Shown here: positions 62,903 to 64,000 of the stretch, piece after piece | Position numbering within the stretch: the first letter of the stretch is position 1 | How the letters are laid out: every line of letters starts with the position of its first letter | Source: Candidatus Oxydemutatoraceae bacterium | GTDB taxonomy: Bacteria > Pseudomonadota > Gammaproteobacteria > Poriferisulfidales > Oxydemutatoraceae | Direction: 5' to 3' | Length of the DNA stretch: 64,000 nt | Assembly: GCA_965219575.1 (NCBI GenBank) | Contig: OZ244779.1 | Location: 64,001-128,000, forward strand | The notes under the pieces: generated by a model | Told to the model about the DNA's origin: nothing | The model's database searches: none | Seen by the model: only the letters and a program-made list of their open reading frames with translations | Made by a program: the position numbers and the translations under genes

Positions 62903-63587
62903 ACATCGGCATATCCGCACCAACCTGTTGCTCGTGCGGGCAGCGATAGCACAAGCCGAAGCACACGCGTACCGTCCTCAAGGCAGCGTGCGTTTGCTCG
63001 CAGTCAGCAAAACCAAAAGCGTCTCCGAGATTTGCGCTGCACTCGATGCCGGACAGTACGATTTCGGGGAAAACTACTTGCAGGAGGCACTGAGCAAAAT
63101 TGAACAGCTTAAAGACGAGAAAATCCGTTGGCATTTTATAGGTTCTATACAAAGCAATAAAGCCCGCGATATTGCCCGGCATTTTGATTGGGTGCATAGC
63201 ATAGAAAAAATCTCTATTGCGCAGCGCATAGCTCGTCTACGCCCGGCGACATTACCGCCGCTCAATATATGTATACAAGTGAATATAGACCGAGAACAGA
63301 GTAAGTCGGGCTGTAGCATTACACAGGTGCATGCCTTAGCAGATCAAATCGCACAACTGCCACAGCTTGAACTACGCGGTCTAATGGCTATTCCCAAACC
63401 TACCTCGGATACGCAACTTCAATATGAGACATTTGTAGAATTGCATACCCTATTTGAACAAATGAAACCCCGATATAAAAATTTTGACACACTCTCCGCC
63501 GGTATGAGCGGCGATTTTGAACAGGCGATTAAAGCGGGGGCTACACTGATCCGTATCGGCACCGCAATCTTCGGACCTCGCAAATAA
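62895..63587 (+). CDS. yggS: PLP homeostasis protein YggS
   Basis: LAVSKT, FGENY, GLMAIP, GMSGD, RIGTAIFG. Confidence 0.96.
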   Translation: MSEHRHIRTNLLLVRAAIAQAEAHAYRPQGSVRLLAVSKTKSVSEICAALDAGQYDFGENYLQEALSKIEQLKDEKIRWHFIGSIQSNKARDIARHFDWVHSIEKISIAQRIARLRPATLPPLNICIQVNIDREQSKSGCSITQVHALADQIAQLPQLELRGLMAIPKPTSDTQLQYETFVELHTLFEQMKPRYKNFDTLSAGMSGDFEQAIKAGATLIRIGTAIFGPRK

Positions 63588-63619
63588 GATGTTGACATCG
63601 GCCCATTTTTAGGACCACC

Positions 63620-64000
63620 CCGTGGAAAGGTTTTACATTTTGTACCATGTGTTAAAGTTCTGCACAACGTTACGCCGATTAACCTACTGGCTTAATCGGC
63701 GGTTCTATTGCGCCTGCCACCCCTCCAAAGGAGGGGAATGTACCGACATTGTACTTAGTGCAGACTCTTAGGGGCTGTTGAAAAAGTATCCACGAACCGT
63801 AGGGGCGGACTTGCATGTCCGCCCGTAACGCGTTATGCCTGCACGATTTATACATTCATTCATCCAATTTATGGAAACCAAAACCATATGGCGCAAGCGG
63901 TTGAGTTTGTACGGAACGGTACTTAAGGGCAGACACACAGGTCTGCCCTACGGCTTGGTGGTTATTATAAATTCACGGCGCAAGCGGTTACGCTTGCACG
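63620..64000. repeat. Mosaic repeat with a TIR start (63771) and REP doublet, running off the window
   Basis: GGGGCTGTTGAAAAAG; REPs near 63799-63824 (+) and 63927-63951 (-). Confidence 0.85.

Overview
Chromosomal window from a sulfur-oxidising gammaproteobacterium (soxXYZAKB without soxCD, plus a dsrN-like amidase); the repeat load and giant adhesin may point to a host-associated lifestyle (inference). Housekeeping blocks are amgK-murU-nadC-pyrE, groES-groEL, fxsA/cutA-dsbD-tlpA, folP, lepA/queA-tgt, dnaQ and pyrB-pyrC'-pyrK-yggS. Four accessory layers are interleaved with them. (1) A REP-associated tyrosine transposase (RAYT) and about 14 intergenic mosaic repeats. These contain GTAG-type REP hairpins inside TIR-bounded elements (GGGGCTGTTGAAAAA...) that show 5-bp target duplications after a GCAGAY motif; one such element carries the RAYT gene itself. 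(2) Secreted proteins of 5340, about 760 and 184 aa (the last IS-split), plus two relics, that all end in a KVFLEGxL(Q/R)* tail, next to a CLCA-like protease/vWA GlyGly-CTERM protein. (3) A duplicated platform made of a small coiled-coil membrane gene and a poly-C-spaced promoter, driving two unrelated nucleases. (4) One intact and one internally deleted IS3. No rRNA, tRNA or CRISPR array was seen.
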